Source: Candidatus Woesearchaeota archaeon (GTDB lineage: Archaea; Nanobdellota; Nanobdellia; Nanobdellales; Nanobdellaceae). From it: DNA of 6,672 nt. The DNA lies in NCBI GenBank assembly GCA_964468425.1, contig CAYXSZ010000053.1:1-6672 (forward strand), in the 5' to 3' direction. Below are positions 5,928-6,672 of the stretch, in pieces (the first letter of the stretch is position 1; each line of letters opens with the position of its first letter). The notes below the pieces were generated by a model, which worked only from the letters and a program-made list of their open reading frames with translations, was not told the DNA's origin and did no database searches. A program made the position numbers and the translations under genes.

Positions 5928-6133
5928 GGCTATGAATCTTTAAAAGTTTCTGAGATAAAGTCTCTTTTCTGGTGAACTTCACTAGAGAATTTAAAACCAT
6001 AAAAGACTGTGTAACTTGAATTCACTCCTCGCCACAGAGATTGTTACTGTGCTTTGATTCGTTTGGTTCTAGTATTGTTAAAAATCTAATTGATTTCGAG
6101 GGAGGAAAACGCTGCAGTCTTGAAAAATTGACG

Positions 6134-6147
6134 AAAAAGTTAAAAAA
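6134..6147 (-). terminator. Oligo-T tracts (T6 and T5 on the minus strand) after the beta-propeller gene
   Basis: The minus strand reads tag-tcttaTTTTTTaacTTTTTcgtc starting 5 nt after stop 6155-6153. Confidence 0.4.
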
Positions 6148-6152
6148 TAAGA

Positions 6153-6672
6153 CTATTTCATAATTCCAGCGGGCTTTTCTACAGCTATCGGGCGAGTTTC
6201 GTACACGAGCTTTCCTGTTAGATCTAGTTCTTTTACTAAGCTCCAGTTGTTCATGTCCCAAACCTTTAACTTCCAATAGGATGCGGTAATGAGGTAATTG
6301 TCGATGTACAGTTCTCTTCTAACGTCTGGGTGCTTCAGTTCACTTACGAGCTTTAATCCGTTATCAGAAACTTTCACAACCAGCACTTTATCCTCGTTTC
6401 CATATTGATTAATGCACTTTATGAACGATTCTGCAAAGGAGCAATATCTATATATTGGAACCTCTACCGGTATAAACGCTAAGTGGTTATCTTCATCGTA
6501 CAAAAATGCGTGGTGGTTGAACGCGAACCTCCTAGATAACTCAGAGCTTCCCTTAACAATTATTTTATCAACTTCTCTTGGATTCTCGTAGTCTGAAACG
6601 TCATAAAGAGCCACCTTCACAGTGTTCCAGTTTTCTATTCCAATGGCTAAGATTAGATTATCGTTTATTGGA
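6153..6672 (-). CDS. Beta-propeller domain protein (PF09826/COG4880-like), C-terminal part; the 5' end lies outside the window
   Basis: This is the track ORF 6153..6620. The track's initial M is a GTG. The same frame stays open to the window edge (PINDNLILAIGIENWNTVKVALYDVSDYENPREV...), so the gene continues upstream. The motif hG...VK(V/I)xLFDVSDxxNP...H(H/K)AFLYD matches my memory of the archaeal/bacterial secreted beta-propeller family. Confidence 0.7.
   Translation of the reverse strand, partial: PINDNLILAIGIENWNTVKVALYDVSDYENPREVDKIIVKGSSELSRRFAFNHHAFLYDEDNHLAFIPVEVPIYRYCSFAESFIKCINQYGNEDKVLVVKVSDNGLKLVSELKHPDVRRELYIDNYLITASYWKLKVWDMNNWSLVKELDLTGKLVYETRPIAVEKPAGIMK

Noticed and set aside
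6022-6276. 84-aa minus-strand track ORF
   Set aside because: Its 5' half overlaps the 3' end of the beta-propeller gene in another frame, and the rest runs through the terminator T-tracts. The sequence is R/S-rich with no motif.
1-6672. CRISPR array, IS element or transposase, integrase, rRNA
   Set aside because: No regularly spaced direct repeats, terminal inverted repeats with a transposase ORF, or rRNA-like conserved segments were seen on either strand.

Overview
The window reads as a chromosomal segment from an AT-rich, probably (hyper)thermophilic archaeon. This is inferred from the archaeal-type ValRS sequence, K/E/I/Y-rich proteins, TATA-like boxes about 26 nt upstream of start codons (leaderless layout) and oligo-T tracts after stop codons. 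Two parts differ in character. (1) Positions 1 to about 3050 are a low-GC accessory block on the minus strand. It holds a HEPN + minimal-nucleotidyltransferase (MNT) gene pair in which both reading frames look damaged, a heavily decayed second nucleotidyltransferase gene, an intact COG1373-type AAA ATPase with a DUF4143/PD-(D/E)xK-like C-terminus, and directly upstream a truncated, frameshifted remnant of a paralogous ATPase. (2) Positions 3050-6672 hold an unassignable higher-GC stretch (an orphan acidic ORF, GC-rich hairpins), an intact compact valyl-tRNA synthetase gene, and a convergent partial gene for a beta-propeller (PF09826-like) protein. I found no tRNA/rRNA, CRISPR array or transposase, and no convincing intact novel multi-gene system. 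The best leads are the paired lesions in the HEPN/MNT module, the ATPase-nuclease with its decayed tandem copy, the unexplained 3046-3656 region upstream of valS, and a non-canonical HIGH motif (H-I-G-A) in ValRS. All family assignments come from motif recognition by eye; no database search was possible.
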